DNA from: the human T2T-CHM13v2.0 reference genome, Homo sapiens
Reading direction: 5' to 3' (one strand)
NCBI RefSeq assembly: GCF_009914755.1
Contig: NC_060927.1
Length of the DNA stretch: 64,000 nt
The stretch's first letter is position 1. Each line of letters begins with the position of its first letter. This document shows positions 1 through 12,695 of the stretch, in pieces. The notes under the pieces are model-generated. The model saw only the letters and a program-made list of their open reading frames with translations, made no database searches and was not told the DNA's origin. The position numbers and the translations under genes are program-made.

Positions 1-93
1 TAATACTAGTAAGCCAATCTTACATTGTGTCAATTATATTAAAAGATATATTTCTACAAAAAAGCCTTAGGACAGAACTCCCTAACACTGATG

Positions 94-95
<2 letters not shown>

Positions 96-127
<32 letters not shown>
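96..127 (+). repeat. poly(A) homopolymer
   Basis: About 32 consecutive A with no adjacent Alu/L1 body or TSD. Confidence 0.9.
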
Positions 128-129
<2 letters not shown>

Positions 130-527
130 CCCATGTGACATCATTCAACACCTGTAACTAATTAAAGAATTTCTAACATTGTAAGAATGAAACCACAGGA
201 CATTAAACAAATCTTTTGCAAATGAAGCCACTTGAAGAAATGACAGTTTTTCAGAAAAATACAAGTTTCTTCAAAAGAACAAACTTCCAGAAGAAATCTC
301 TACTGATTAATTACAGGACAAAGCAATCCTATTATGATATACATTGACAGTAAAAATACCTGTGTAACACTTGTAATTTCAAGAGGTGCTGGAAACAGTC
401 ATGGAAGATGAAAAGCATTTATGAAAGCCAAAAGTATTTCTACTGTATTATGTGTATGTATTTAAAGGAAGTTAAGGAAAACTAGCTATAAAAAAATCAT
501 GTCTCCCCCTGATTTTCAAACGAAAGA

Positions 528-1268
528 TGTGAGTCAGCCAGGGTTCAATTAAGGAGGCAGAACTACTATGACTTATAGACAAGGGATTTATTATAGGAAT
601 CGAAGCTTGCACACTTACAAGAGGAGCTGAGAAAAGGCACGTCTAAAAGTGAGGTTGGAGGGTCCTAGGAGTCCCCAGCCAGCCAAGCAGAGGAATCAGC
701 ACCTCCAGATGGAGAAGTGGATGGCAAAGGAGGAGCTGGGGAAAAGGACTTGGGACTTGCTGCCAAGTGCTACAGTTTGGATGCTTGTCCCCACAAAATC
801 TCTCGTTGAAATCTGACCTCCAGTGTTGGAGGACAGGCCTAATGGGAGGTGCTTGGGTCACGGGAGACGATCCCTTATGAATAGATTACCTGGAACTTAA
901 AAGAAAATTAAATTTAAAAATAAATAAATAAATGAATTACCCATCCTCAGGTACTCTTTTACAGCAACACTAAATAGACTAAGACACCAAGCATCTCAGG
1001 ATGGGCCTGGGTCCATATGGCTCAGCAGGATCAGCACTTGGGACAAACAGCTGCACACAATGCAGAGAAGAGCAAGAAAAGGCTGGAGCCTCTTGCTAAC
1101 ATCTCCACATCTGTCTGTCACTACCTAATCACAATGAACTGCAGGGAGTAATCACAAATTCTGTGCAAACTCCTCTTTTAGTCAACTCAAACCCAAAACT
1201 ACACAGGGAAGGGGATTCTGGAAAACGTAGTTCCAGCTAAACAAGGTGACACAGTACAAGTCATCACA
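528..1268 (-). mobile_element. Old ERVL-type (MLT2-like) solo LTR, split by an MST LTR
   Basis: Ends resemble reversed ERVL LTR termini (tgtgagtcagccagggttc... and ...ggattctggaaaacgtagttcc...catcaca). Confidence 0.55.
768..986 (+). mobile_element. MST (MaLR) LTR with internal deletion
   Basis: tgctacagtttggatg...gactaagaca termini; perfect 5-bp TSD CCAAG at 763-767 and 987-991. Confidence 0.85.
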
Positions 1269-2375
1269 CCTGATAGCTATAACATCTGACAGCAGAGCCC
1301 ACAAGTGTTGCGGGTTGAAAATGAACAGCTCTGAAACGTTTCTGAGTTGCTTGAGAATCCACCTCTCCTTTAGTTGCATATTATTGAAGGCTACTTGACA
1401 TTAAGGGGATTCTCTCGTCGACCATAACCAGTGATGAGGAAGGGAAGAACAAAAGGTGGCAACAGCCAGAACAGCTCTTGGTGTGCACACACTCATATCC
1501 TGCTGGTGGAACATAAACTCATGAAGGTTTCATTTTCAGAGCCAATTGGAATGACCATGAAATTTAAAATGTATGCAATATATACACTGTCTGGCTGCAC
1601 CTATATTTAAAGATGTTCGTTTCACTTTTACAGCAATATTACTAATTTCAGAGATCATCTACCTTCTTGAATAGAAATCTTGTATTTTCCTTATTTTCTG
1701 TTATTTAAATCTGTTCCTCTCTCAGACCCTCCTCCATTGGTGATAGGCGCCCTCACAGGCAATCACAACTACTGTCCAGAATCTTTGCCCTGCTGTCTGT
1801 TCACTGCCATCATTCACTGCCTATGGTCTCTGGACCATACTCCTGCCAGTTTTCACACTAAACCTGAGACCTCTGTGCCTGCAAATCACCAAGCCCTGCT
1901 GCCCAGTCGTCTTCTTCTCATTTAGACACATCATCCATCAGGAACCCTTCACCTCTCCAACCTGTTCTGCTCTTTATAGGAACTCATTCTCCAGACAGCC
2001 AATGCAGACTGAAATCAAACTCCCTCTCACAGACTCCTGAGCCCAGTACAAATCAAGGATTCAGGCTGGGCAACTTATTTCATACAGCTGAAAAATGCAC
2101 AACAGTTAAAAAGTACCTGGAATCTTTGAAGGCAATTAGGAGGGCCATCTGCTTAGGGCTCACAGAAAATCCTTTGATAGCGCAATCCTACTTCCATGAA
2201 AATTGACAAGAGAACCAAAGATTTTCATTGCAATGTAGTTATAATAGTGAAAAAACTAGAAATAATCCAAATGTCCACCAACATTTGGACACTATTGGGA
2301 AAATAAATTTTATGTATCCAAATAATGAAACAATAAAACACCATATGTACAGTCATTAACAATAATTAAGTATAC

Positions 2376-5300
2376 TTTTTAAAATTATACTTTAGGTTCT
2401 GGGATATATATGCAGAGCCTGCTGGTTTGTTACATAGGTATACATGAGCAATGGTGGTTTGCTGCACCCATCAACCAGTCATCTACCTTAGATATTTCTC
2501 CTAATTTTCTGTTATTTAAATCCGTTCCCCTCTCAGACCCTCCCCTACCCCCAACCCACCGACAGGCCCCAGTGTGTGATGTTCCCCTCCCTGTGTCCAT
2601 GTGTTCTCATTGCTCAACTCCCACTTATGAGTGAGTACATGCACTGTGTGGTTTACTGTTCCTGTGTTACTTTGCTGAGAATGATTGTTTCCAGCTTCAT
2701 CCATGTCCCTGAAAAGGACATGAACTCATCCTTTTTTATGGCTGCATAGTATTCCATAATTTATATGTGCCACATTTTCTTTATTCAGCCTATCACTGAT
2801 GGGCATTTGGGTTGGTTCCAAGTCTTTGCTATTGTGCACAGTGCCGAAATAAACATACGTGTGCATGTGTCTATATAGTAGAATGATTTATAATCCTTTG
2901 GGTATACGCCCAGTAATGGGATTGCTTGGTCAAATGGCAATTTCTAGTTCTAGATCCTTGAGGAATCGCCACACTCTCTTCTACAATGGTTGAACTAATT
3001 TACACTCCCATCAACAGTGTAGAAGTGTTCCTATTTCTCCACATCCTCTCCAGCATCTATTATTTCCTGACTTTTTAATGGTTGCCATTCTAACTGGCGT
3101 GAGATGATATCTCATTGTGGTTTTGATTTGCATTTCTCTAAAGACCAGTGATAATAAGCTTTTTTTCATGTTTGTTGGCCACATAAACATCTTCTTTTGA
3201 GAAGTGTCTGTTCATATCCTTCACCCACTTTTTGATGGGTTTGTTTTCTTCTTTCTTGTAAATTTGTTTAAGTTCCTTGCAGATTCTGGATATTAGCCCT
3301 TTGTCAGATGGATAGACTGCAAAAAATGTTCTCCCACTCTGTAGGCTGCCTGTTCACTCGGATGGTAGTTTCTTTTGCTGTACAGAAGCTCTTTAGTTTA
3401 ATTAGAGCCCATTTTTCAATTTTGGCTTTTGTTGCTATTGCTTTGGCGTTTTAGTCATGAAGTCTCTGCCCATGCCTATGTCCTGAATGGTATTGCCTAG
3501 GCTTTCTTGTAGGGTTTTGATCGTTTTAGGTCTTATGTTTAAGTCTTTACTCCATCTTGAGTTAATTTTTGTGTAAGGCGTAAGGAAGGGGTCCAGTTTC
3601 AGTTTTCTGCATATGGCTTACCAATTTTCCCAACACCCTTTAGGAAGAGGGAATTCTTTCCCCATTGTTTGTATTTGTCAGGTTTGTCAAAAATCAGATG
3701 GTTGTAGATGTGTGGTGTTATTTCGGAGGCCTCTGTTGGTCTATATCTCTGTTTTCGTACCAGTACCATGCTGTTTTGGTTCCTGTAGCCTTGTAGTGCA
3801 GTTTGAAGTCAGGTAGAGTGATGCCTTCAGCTTTGTTCTTTTTGCTTAGGATTGTCTTTGTTTTAGGGGCCCTTTCCTGGTTCCATATGAAAGTTAAAGT
3901 AGTTTTTACTAATTCTCTGAAGAAAGTCAATGGTAGCTTCATGGGGATAGCATTCAATCTATAAATTACTTTGGGCAGTATGGCCATTTTCACAATATTG
4001 ATTCTTCCTATCCATGAGCATGGAATGTTTTTCCATTTGTTTGTATCCTCTCTTATTTCCTTGAGCAGTGGTTTGTAGTCCTCCTTGAAGAGGTCCTTCA
4101 CAAACCTTGTAGTTGTATATCTAGGTATTTTATTCCCTTTGTAGCAATTGTGAATGTGAGTTCACTCATGATTTGGCTCTTTGTTTGTCTATTAATGGTG
4201 TATAGGAATGCTTGTGATTTTTGCACATTGACTTTGTATCCTGAGACTTCGCTGAAGTTCCTTATCAGCTTAAGGGAATTTTGGGCAGAGACGATGGGGT
4301 TTTCTAAATATACAATCATGTCATCTGCAAACAGAGACAATCTGACTTCCTCTCTTCCTATTTGAATACCTTTTATTTCCTTCTCTTGCCTGATTGTCCT
4401 GGCCACATCTTCTAATACTATGTTGAATAGGAGTGGTGAGAGAGGGCATCCTTGTCTTGTGCCAATTTTCAAAGGAAATGCTTCCTGCTTTTGCCCATTC
4501 AATATGATATTGGCTGTGGGTTTTTCATAAACAGATCTTATTATTTTGAGATATGTTCCATCAATACCTAGTTTATTGAGAGTTTTTAGCACGAACCGGT
4601 GTTGATTTTTATCAAAGGCCTTTTCTGCATCTATTGAGATAATCATGTGGTTTTTGTCTTTGGTTCTGTTTATGTGATGGATTATGTTAATTGATTTGTG
4701 TATGTTGAACCAGCTTGGCATCCCAGGGATGAAGCCTACTTCATCGTGGTGGATAAGCTTTTTGTTGTGCTGCTGAATTCGGTTTGCCAGTATTTTATTG
4801 AGGATTTTAGCATCGATGTTCATCAGGGATGTTGGCCTGAAATTTTCTTTTTTTGTTGTGTCTCTGCCAGGTTTTGGTATCAGGATGATGCTGGCATCAT
4901 AAAATGAGTTAGGGACGAGTCCCTCCTTTTCTATTGTTTGGAATAGTTTCAGAAGGAATGGTACCAGCTCCTCTTTGTACCTACGGCAGAAGTCAGCTGT
5001 GAATCCATCTTGTCCTAGGCTTTTTTTGGTTGGTAGGCTATTAATTACTGCCTCAATTTCAGAACTTGTTATTGGTATATTCAGGGATTCAAGTTCTTCC
5101 TGGTTTAGTCATGGGAAGGTGTATGTGACCAGGAATTCATCCATTTCTTCCAGACTTTCTAGTTTATTTGCACAGAGGTGTTTATAGTATTCTCTGACTT
5201 TAGTTTGTATTTCTGTGGGATCAGTGGTGATATCCCCTTTATCATTTTTTATTGTGTCTATTTGATTCTTCTCTCTTTTTTTATTAGTCTGGCTAGCAGA

Positions 5301-5622
5301 CTATCTATTTTGTTAGCCTTTTCAAAAAAAACAGCTCCCGGATTCATTGATTTTTTTAAGGGCTTTTCGTGTCTCCATCTCCTTCAGTTCTGCTCTGATC
5401 TTAGTTATTTCTTGTCTTCTGCTTGCTTTTGAATTTGTTTGCTGTTGCTTCTCTAGTTCTTTTAATTGTGATGTTAGGGTGTCGATTTTAGCTCTTTCTT
5501 GCTTTCTCCTGTGGGCATTTAGTGCTATAAATTTCTCTCTAAACACTCACTGCCTTAGCTGTGTCCCAGAAATTCTGGTACGTTGTGTCTTTGTTCTCAT
5601 TGGTTTCAAAGAACTTATTTAT
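2376..5622 (-). mobile_element. L1PA7-like LINE-1, 3' segment (ORF2 3' part, 3'UTR, tail)
   Basis: L1PA-type 3'UTR; minus-strand ORFs translate to ORF2 peptides ([24 protein letters not shown]). Confidence 0.95.
4098..4823 (-). pseudogene. L1 ORF2 reverse-transcriptase remnant, 241 aa open stretch
   Basis: [10 protein letters not shown] and FADD motifs; flanked by frameshifts and stops. Confidence 0.9.
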
Positions 5623-6496
5623 CCACTGGCTTGAAATTCACACCGCCAGCACATCAGTCTGAAGTCCACCTGGGGTGCTTGGTGGGAGGAGGGGCATCTG
5701 CCATTACTGAGGCTTGAGTAGGTGGTTTTCCCCTAGTAGTATAAACAAAGCTGCTTGGAAGTTCTGACTGGGCAGAGCCCACCGCAGCGTGGCAAAGTCA
5801 CTGTAGCCAGACTGCCTGTCTAGATTCCTCCTCTCTGGGCAGGGCATCTCTGAAAGCAAGGCAGCAGCCCCAGTCAGGGACTTATAGATCAAACTCCCAT
5901 CTCCCTGGGATAGAGCACCTGCCAGAAGGGGCGGCTGTGGGCACAGCTTCAGCAAACTTAAAAGTTCCTGCCTCCCGGCTCTGAATAGAGCAGTGGATCT
6001 CCCAGCACACTGCTGGAGCTGTGCTAAGGGACAGACTGCCTCCTCTAGTGGGTCCCTGATCCCTGTGCCCCCTTACTGGGAGACACCTCCAGCAGGGGTC
6101 GACAGACACCTCATACAGGAGAGCTCCGGCTGGCATCTGGGGGGTGCCCCTCTGGGACAAAGCTTCCAGAGGAAGGAACACACAGCAGTCTTTGCTGTTC
6201 TGCATCCTCCACTAGTGATACTCAGGCAAACAGGTTCTGTAGTGGACCGCCAGCAAATTCCAGCAGAAATGTAGACTGTAGCAGAGGGGACTGACTGTTA
6301 GAAGAAAAACTAACAAACAGAAAGGAATAGTATAAACATCAACAACAGGGACATCCACTCAGAAATCCCATCCAAAGGTGACCAACATCAAAGACCAAAG
6401 TTAGATAAATCCACGAAGATAAGGAAGAACCAGTACAAAAAGGCTGAAAATTCCAAAAACCAGAACACCTCTTTTCCTTCAAAGGATCACAACTCC

Positions 6497-7162
6497 TTGC
6501 CACCAAGGGAAAAAAACTGGATGAAGAATGAGTTTGATGAATTGACAGAAGTAGGTTTCAGAAGGTGGGTATTAACAAACTCCTCTGAACTAAAGAAGCA
6601 CGTTATAACCCAGTGCAAAGAAGCTAAGAACCTTGAGAAAAGGTTAGATGAATTGCTAACTAGAATAACCAGTTTTGAGAAGAACATAAATGACCTAATG
6701 GAGCTGAAGGATACACAAGTATCAATAGCTAGATTGATCAAGTGGAAGAAAGGATATCAGAGATTGAAGATCAACTCAATGAAGATTACAGAAAAAAGAG
6801 TGAAAAGGAACAAACAAAGCCTCCAAAAAATATGGGACTACGTAAAAAGACCAAACCTACGTTTGATTGGTGTACCTGAAACTGACAGGGAGAATGGAAC
6901 CAAGTTGGAAAACACTCTTCAGGATGTTATCCAGGAATACTTCCCCAACCTAGCAAGGCAGGCCAAAATTCAAATTCAAGAAATACAGAGAACACCACAA
7001 AGATACTCCTTGAGAAGAGCAACCCCAAGACACATAATTGTCAGATTCACCAAGGTTGAAATGAAGGAAAAAATGTTAAGGGCAGCCAGAGAGAAAAGTC
7101 GGGTTACCCACAAAGAGAAGCCCATCAGACTAACAGTGGATCTCTCTGCAGAAACCCTGTAA
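6497..7162 (+). pseudogene. L1 ORF1 remnant
   Basis: ORF1p-like translation with internal deletions, a premature stop and a downstream Alu insertion. Confidence 0.9.
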
Positions 7163-7195
7163 GCTAGAACAGAGAGGCCAATATTCAACATTCTT

Positions 7196-7501
7196 TTTCT
7201 TTTTTTTTTTTTGAGACGGAGTTTTGCTCTTGTTGCCCAGGCTGGAGTGCAATGGTACAATCTTGGCTCGCTGCAACCTCCTCCTCCTGGGTTCAAGCAG
7301 TTCTCCTGCCTCAGCCTCCCAAGTAGCTGAGCTGGGATTACAGGCATGCACCACCACACCTGGCTAATTTTGTATTTTTTAGTAGAGACGGGGTTTCTCC
7401 ATGTAGGTCAGGTTGGTCTCAAACTCCCAACCTCAGGTGATCCACCCACCTCAGCCTCCCAAAGTGCTGGGATTACAGGCGTGAGCCACCATGCCCGGCC
7501 C
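7196..7501 (-). mobile_element. AluS (Sp/Sq-like) inserted in L1 ORF1
   Basis: Full Alu dimer; TSD TCAACATTCTT at 7185-7195 and 7502-7512. Confidence 0.95.
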
Positions 7502-8688
7502 TCAACATTCTTAAAGAAAAGAATTTTCAACCCAGAATTTCATATCCAGCCAAACTAAGTTTCATAAACGAAGGAGAAATAAAATCCTTTACAGAGAAGT
7601 AAATGCTGAGAGATTTTGTTACCACCAGGCCTGCCTTACAAGAGCTCCTGAAGGAAGCACTAAATATGGAAAGCAAAAACCCGGAACAGCCACTGCAAAA
7701 ACATACCAAATTGTAAAGACCATCAACACTATGAAGAAACTGCATCAACTAACGGGCAAAATAACCAGCTAGCATCATAACAACAGGATCAAATTCACAC
7801 AAAACAATATTAACCTTAAATGTAAATGAGGTAAATGCCCCAATTAAAAGACACAGGCTGGCACACTGGATAAAGAGTCAAGACCCATCAGTGTGCTGTA
7901 TTCAGGAGACCCGTCTCACGTGCAAATAGGCTCAAAATAAAGGGATGGAGGAATATTTACCAAGCAAATGGAAAGCAAACAAAAGCAGGGGTTGTAATCC
8001 TAGTCTGGGGTAAAACAGACTTTAAACTAACAAAGATCAAAAGAGACAAAGAAGGGCATTACATAATGATAAAGGGACCAATGCAACAAGAAGAGCTAAC
8101 CATCCTCAATATATATGCACCCAAAACAAGAGCACCCAGATGCATAAAGCAAATGCTTAGAGACCTACAAAGACACTTGGACTCCCACACAATAATAGTG
8201 GGAGACTTTAACATCCCACTGTCAATATTAGGTCAATGAGACAGAAAATTAACAAGGATATTCAGGACTTGAACTCAGCTTTGGACCAAGCAGACCTAAT
8301 AGACATCTACAGAACTCTCCACCCCCAATCAACAGAATATACATTCTTCTCACCACCACATTGTACTTATTCCAAAACTGACCACATAATTGGAAGTAAA
8401 ACATTCCTCAGCAAATGCAAAAGAATGGAAATCATAACAGTGTCTCAGACCACAGTGCAATCAAATTAGAACTCAGGAGTAAGAAACTCACTCAAAATCA
8501 CACAACTACATGGAAATTCAACAACCTGCTCCGGAATGACTACTGGATAAATTAAGTATATTTTTAAGTGTAAATGTCAGAAAATGCCCATGCACAAACT
8601 AAGCTTTAAGCTGACCTTAATGACTAGCATTTTTTAAAAAATACACCTGTAAACAGTTACATAGTCGTAATAAAATCTAAATAACCAA

Positions 8689-9008
8689 GGTTGGGTGTGG
8701 TGGCTCATGCCTGTAAGCCACTTTGTGAGGCCGAGGCAGGTGGGTTGATTTGGGAGGCTGAGACAGGTGGTTTGCTTGAGCCCAGGAGTTCGAGACAAGC
8801 CTGGGCAACATGGTGAAACCCTGTCTCTACAAAAAGTACAAAAATTAGCCTGGCATAGTGGCATACCTGTAGTCCAAGCTACTCAGGAGGCTGAGGTGGG
8901 AGGATCCCTTGAGCCCAGGAGGTTGCGGCTGCAGTGAGCCATGATTATGTCACTGCACTCTAGTGTGGGCAAAAGAGTGAGACCCTGTCTCAAAAACAAA
9001 TAAATAAA
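8689..9008 (+). mobile_element. AluJ with internal ~27-bp tandem duplication
   Basis: AluJ diagnostics (gcttgagcccaggag); tttg(t/g)gaggc..ag.caggtgg repeated at 8722 and 8749. Confidence 0.9.
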
Positions 9009-9585
9009 TGAGCAACAACCAAACTATTAACTGAGGTTACCTTAAGTGGCTAGGGAGTAGTATTATGGGTACAACATTATATCTTTTCTATGTTGACTTA
9101 ATTATTTTGCAATTATGTGTCAGAAAAATAAAAAGAGTTTAAAAGCTGTGAATTAAATGTGGGCAGTTAATTCATAGTAGTTTGTCTTGAATATTTAAAT
9201 ACTCATTTCTGTATCAGCCTTTACCATTTTACCACATGGGGTCGGGGTGTTTATATTTGAGGAAGCCTCTAGAAGATATCTTAAGGACACATGGCTGAAT
9301 ACCTTATAACATGACCTCCTAAAGAGTCACGCAAGAAAACTGGGAGTGGCAGGAAAATGTTTTGCCCTTTTAAAATATTAGTGAGCACTTACTTATTCTA
9401 TGGGAATTCAAAAAATTTTTTTAAATGTCATGGTCATTGCCTTTTGTAAACTTAAAATTGACTGGAAGAAATAGACACAAACAAATTACTGAAAATTTTT
9501 AATTTATAATAAGCATTAAGAAGCAAATTAGGAAGGGGAAATGGTGTCAAGTAAAGCTGAGAAGGAAAAAGGACGGAAGAACTAT

Positions 9586-9940
9586 TGATATGGTTTGGCT
9601 CTGTGTCCCCACCCAAATGTCATCTCAAATTGTAATCCCCTGTTGTGAAGGGAGGGACCTAGTGGGAGGTGATTGGATCATGGGGATGATTTCCTCCATG
9701 CTGTTCTCATGATAGTGGGTAAGTTCTTACAAGATATGATGGTTTAAAAGTGGCACTCCCCACTTCACTCTCTTTCTCTCCTCCCAGCTTGTGAAGAAAG
9801 TGCTTGCTTCCCCTTCGCCTTCCACCATGATTGTAAGTTTCCTGAGGCCTCCCCAGCCACGCGGAACTGTGAGTCAATTAAACCTCTTTCCTTTATAAAT
9901 TACTAGTCTCAGGGAAGCAGTGTGAGAATGGACCAATACA
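9586..9940 (+). mobile_element. THE1D-like MaLR solo LTR
   Basis: tgatatggtttggctctgtg...gaccaataca; TSD ACTAT/GCTAT. Confidence 0.9.
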
Positions 9941-10338
9941 GCTATAAAGAGAAGAGTACTTGGCCAACGTCATGAGGAAGAGCTGTGAGACTTCTAGGAA
10001 GATGGGACTGGAGAGCAAGGACATGGAGTGAAAAACAACTAAAAAAAGGCTACTTTGCTTTTCTATTTATTTCTGTTTGGCTTTCATGGTTTGCTGTTTA
10101 AACTAGAAATCACTATAGCACCACTTCAAATAAAGCAGCAAATCATGCCAGGATCCTGCACTATAAATCATTCAAATTTGCTATTTCAGATATTCAGAAA
10201 ACTTCTACAGATTAAAGTTTATTTCCCTATGTTCAAGAACAGCATATAAATAGAAAATACATTGATCATCTTTGTTAAATTTAGATATTTTACCCCAAAT
10301 ACTTTTAAGAGCTCTAATAATTTTATCATGCCAGTCTC

Positions 10339-10410
10339 AAAACAGCTCCCAACCAGGTAAGCTAACTCTCAGATAAAACAGCCCCCAGCCAGGTAAGCTA
10401 ACTCTCCTAT
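10339..10410. repeat. 36-bp tandem duplication (2 copies)
   Basis: aaaacagc(t/c)ccca(a/g)ccaggtaagctaactctc(ag/ct)at twice. Confidence 0.9.
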
Positions 10411-10979
10411 AAAAGTTCCTCAAGGGGTCAGTGAGATTCATACTAAGCATTATTTAGTAGCAACAATAATAAAGTATACGCTCCCCTCCTCCCATCCTGC
10501 AAAGAAACACATATTCCATACTTTAAATCTGCTATAATTCCAAATGCTAGAGATACAGAATTCCAGACAACAGCTTGATGTTGTTGCCATAAAAAGGAAT
10601 CCAGGAGGCATTTGTCTTCAATTTTAAAGTTTGTAAAGTGGTCAATGACATGCTGGAGTTAAGCAGAAGCCAGGAATGACCTACCCCAAGAGAGATGAAA
10701 GATCTCAGAACCACTTTCCCATGATACACACATCTACTGAGGTCCAGCATAACTGTTATGCTGCTTTCAAATTGCACTGAGTTTTAAATTGCAATGTCTT
10801 GCTCTTTTATTGCCTGTCTTGATGCATTCATTGTTTTTGAAATCTAAGTCTATTGCTCGAATGTTAAACACAGAGGGGACTTTAGATTACATCCTGGAGG
10901 ATGAAACTGAGCAGTATCAATGAACTTGGAAGAGTTTATATTTGGCTTTCAAGGGTTGTGAAGGCCTGAGAAATAGCTA

Positions 10980-11110
10980 TTTCCTTTTCTCTTTATGCCA
11001 CTTTCTTTGGTTTCCTCCTTCTCTCCTTCCCTGCCTCATGCTTTCTTCCTTTCTCCCTCCTCCCTCCTTTCCTCTCTCCTTTTCATTCTTCCTTTTCCCA
11101 CCTGCTTCCC
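10980..11110 (+). repeat. CT-rich low-complexity tract
   Basis: Polypyrimidine run. Confidence 0.7.
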
Positions 11111-11772
11111 TGCAATACTTCCAAGTTATTTAATTTGCATGTTTGACTATATCTCAGATAACTAATTTCAGTTCCAGCAGCCAGAGAGATCCACATTTAC
11201 TTCAAATTCTACCCTCCATTACACTCTCCCACAGAACCACTCCCAAATAAGAATGTATCCACTTAAATCCCTGTGAATTGGAACACTCATTATCAATGTG
11301 CTACACCTAACCACAGAAGCCATAAAACCTGAACCTACTTTCTTGGACTGTTTTCAAAACGACATTTCTGATTATATGTGAGCATTCAAATCTCTTCTGG
11401 CACTTTCTGCATCTTATTTTTCAATGCCTGGCTTGAGCTAGAATTCATACTGGGGGAAGTCAGGCCAAGTGTTATAAATGGGAAATGAGGGAATTAACAA
11501 GCTGGTATAAATTTTACTTCTTGGAGTAAAAGAATACAAAATTTTTTGACTTGAGTTTGGAATTATACCACCCAAGACAGCACAGGAAAATACTTAAGAG
11601 CTAGCATCCATATCTGGTAAAACTGAAATAAAATTTGGCAGCTTTTAAGTAGTTCTCCAATGGTATTAGTGTGGCACAGAAATCAAGTCCTGTTTCATAT
11701 GAACCAAGCAGTCCTACAGGAGGATACCCTTTGAAATTCCAATCATTACAAGAAATTTGCACTAATGATTCA

Positions 11773-12251
<479 letters not shown>

Positions 12252-12357
12252 TCATATTGCATCATCACAGCTGGAAAGCTAGCATATAAGTCTATTCCTC
12301 CTATCCACACACAGCTTGCTAATATGGCTAATGTTTTTTCTATACCCCCACATTCTC

Positions 12358-12695
12358 TGCTATGGTCTGAATGTTTGGGTCTCTTGTACCCCAAAATTCA
12401 TAAGTTGATATCCTAACCCCCAGGTGATAGTACTGGGAGGTGGGGGCAGAGACCTCCTGCATGGGATTAGTGCCCTTCTAAATGGGACCCCAGAGAGTTC
12501 CCTCATCCCTTCTACCACGTGAGGACACAGCTAGAAGGCAATATGTGTTAAGGAGAAAGCAGGCTCGCCTCAGACACTGCATCAGCCTTGGTCTTAGACT
12601 TCCCAGCCCCTAAAGCTATGAGAAACAAATTTCTGTTGTTTATAGGCCACCCAGTCTCTGGTATTTCCTTACGGCAGCCAGAATGAACTAAGATA
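12358..12695 (+). mobile_element. MLT1A-like solo LTR
   Basis: tgctatggtctgaatgttt...gaactaagata; gtgaggacacagc core. Confidence 0.85.

Larger units (their letters stand above)
5623..8549 (+). mobile_element. Inverted 5' segment of the same L1 (partial 5'UTR, ORF1, ORF2 endonuclease)
   Basis: ORF1 peptides (IWDYVKRPNLRLIGVPE, RATPRHIIVRF) and EN peptide (DLIDIYRTLHP); TSD AATTAAGTATA(C/T)TTTT at 2364-2379 and 8550-8565 brackets both segments. Confidence 0.93.

Noticed and set aside
96-127. Poly(A) as tail of a processed pseudogene
   Set aside because: No upstream AATAAA, ORF or TSD visible within the window
3718-8469. Active L1 or functional ORF1/ORF2
   Set aside because: Inverted, frameshifted, Alu-interrupted and lacking the 5' promoter end
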